The notes beneath the pieces were generated by a model that was given only the letters and a program-made list of their open reading frames with translations, had not been told where the DNA came from and ran no database searches. From Okamejei kenojei (lineage: Eukaryota), in NCBI GenBank assembly GCA_035221665.1, contig CM069145.1, positions 27,590,001 through 27,654,000 on the forward strand: 64,000 bases of DNA, read 5' to 3'. Positions 62,671-64,000 of the stretch are shown piece after piece. A program made the position numbers and the translations under genes. Within the stretch, counting starts at the first letter, position 1. The number at the start of each line of letters is the position of its first letter.

Positions 62671-64000
62671 CATAGAAACATAGAAATAGGTTTCTAGGAG
62701 TAGGCTATTCGGCCCTTCAAGCCAGCACCGCCATTCAATATGATCATGGCTGATCATCCAAAATTGGTACTACATTCTTGCTTAAGATAGACACAAAAAG
62801 CTGGAGTAACTCAGTGGGACAGGCAGCATCTCTGGAGAGAAGGAATGGATGACATTTCCCTCGATTCCCCCATATCCCTCGATTCTGTTAGCCCTAAGAC
62901 CTAAATCTAACTCTCTCTTGAATACGCTCGAGTACAATTCAGTTTCCTGTGAATTTTCTTTCAAAACGCTTCAAAATCGTCCAATTGTTTAGTAAGTGAA
63001 TTATTGAATCATCTTTTACTTATCAAGTGAACATTATAAACCATATGATTATTCTTATAGCAACTCAGTTAATCAACCAATGTAAATAGAAACATTGGAT
63101 GATAGTATTCACCTCATCTTATCATTACAACATGACCTTATTCAAACCAATGGAGTTTAAAGGAACAAGAACAAATCAGTAACTTAATAGCATATTTCGA
63201 ATTCAACTTTTTTTTAATGAAAGATTTCTACTTGTTTTCTTTCATCTCCAAGAAGACAATGTTAGATCTCTGCATATATTCTGCATTGGTGTTACTCAAT
63301 TTACATACTTCAATCCTTCCACTATTTTAACGGGATTCGTTCTTCTGTAGAACTTGGAAGTGATTAATAAAACTGTCATGCTATCCATGATTCATTTAGG
63401 ATTAACATTCATGTTTCATGATATAATCATAGCCCCTAGAATGAGTTTACACGTTAAAGTGTCTATAATAATTGTACGGTGTGCATAGATCAATTTGGAT
63501 TTGTTTCTAATGATAGTGATTTTAGAAAATTAATATGCTCTTTTAACTTTTATTACACCAATCCACTTTGCATACATTAAAACAACCATTGACCTAAAAT
63601 AATAAGAATTACAAATGAGTAAAAATTCCAGCCTGTGTAGCATATGACTTAACAGGGAGCATGTAGTAATTTACAGAATATGATTTAATTGAGCTAGTGT
63701 CAGTGAACTATATGGGCATTGGACACTTATTCATGAATAACCTGCTCCCAAACGCTCAGTTAAATTTGGCAGCACTGTTCATTTCCAGATTTTATTCCAG
63801 CCTCAGTTCAAAGACAGAATAGCTGAATTCCAGTGGCAATCTGAGAATGTTTTGGCATCTGAAGAAGGGTCTCAACCCAAAACTTCACCCATCCCTTCTC
63901 ACTAGAAATGCTGCCTGTCCCGCTGAGTTACTCCAGCTTTTTGTGTCTATCTTCATGATAAAACTGAAATAAAACACAAAATGCTGGATATACTCAGCAG

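Overview
Eukaryotic, AT-rich, intron-dominated DNA. The repeat content (V-SINE/HE1-like SINEs, CR1/HER1-like LINEs, Penelope-type palindromic repeats) points to a cartilaginous fish, probably a skate or ray (inference). The whole window is the 5' part of one minus-strand gene, NRAP (nebulin-related anchoring protein). I traced 26 coding exons by hand from ATG at 62239 down to 1088 (2985 nt, 995 codons, all GT-AG, frame preserved); the gene continues beyond position 1. They encode an N-terminal LIM domain, simple nebulin modules, then 7-module super-repeats with WMxGVGW motifs. A compact muscle-type promoter (perfect CArG, CRE, GATA, E-boxes) lies upstream. The introns hold many mobile-element remnants: (i) about 20 short Penelope-like insertions carrying a minimal hammerhead-ribozyme motif, several with 7-15 bp target-site duplications and internal inversions; (ii) a 263-bp solo LTR in sense orientation about 60 nt upstream of an exon; (iii) a ~400-bp highly structured (GAT)n-tailed retroposon; (iv) two related Harbinger-like and two Tc1/Tigger-like MITEs. 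Three N-terminal modules recalled from human NRAP appear to be absent. Most ORFs in the supplied track are spurious or LINE fragments. No prokaryotic systems, CRISPR arrays, rRNA or true tRNA genes were seen. Comparisons to human NRAP and to repeat families are from memory, not from database searches.
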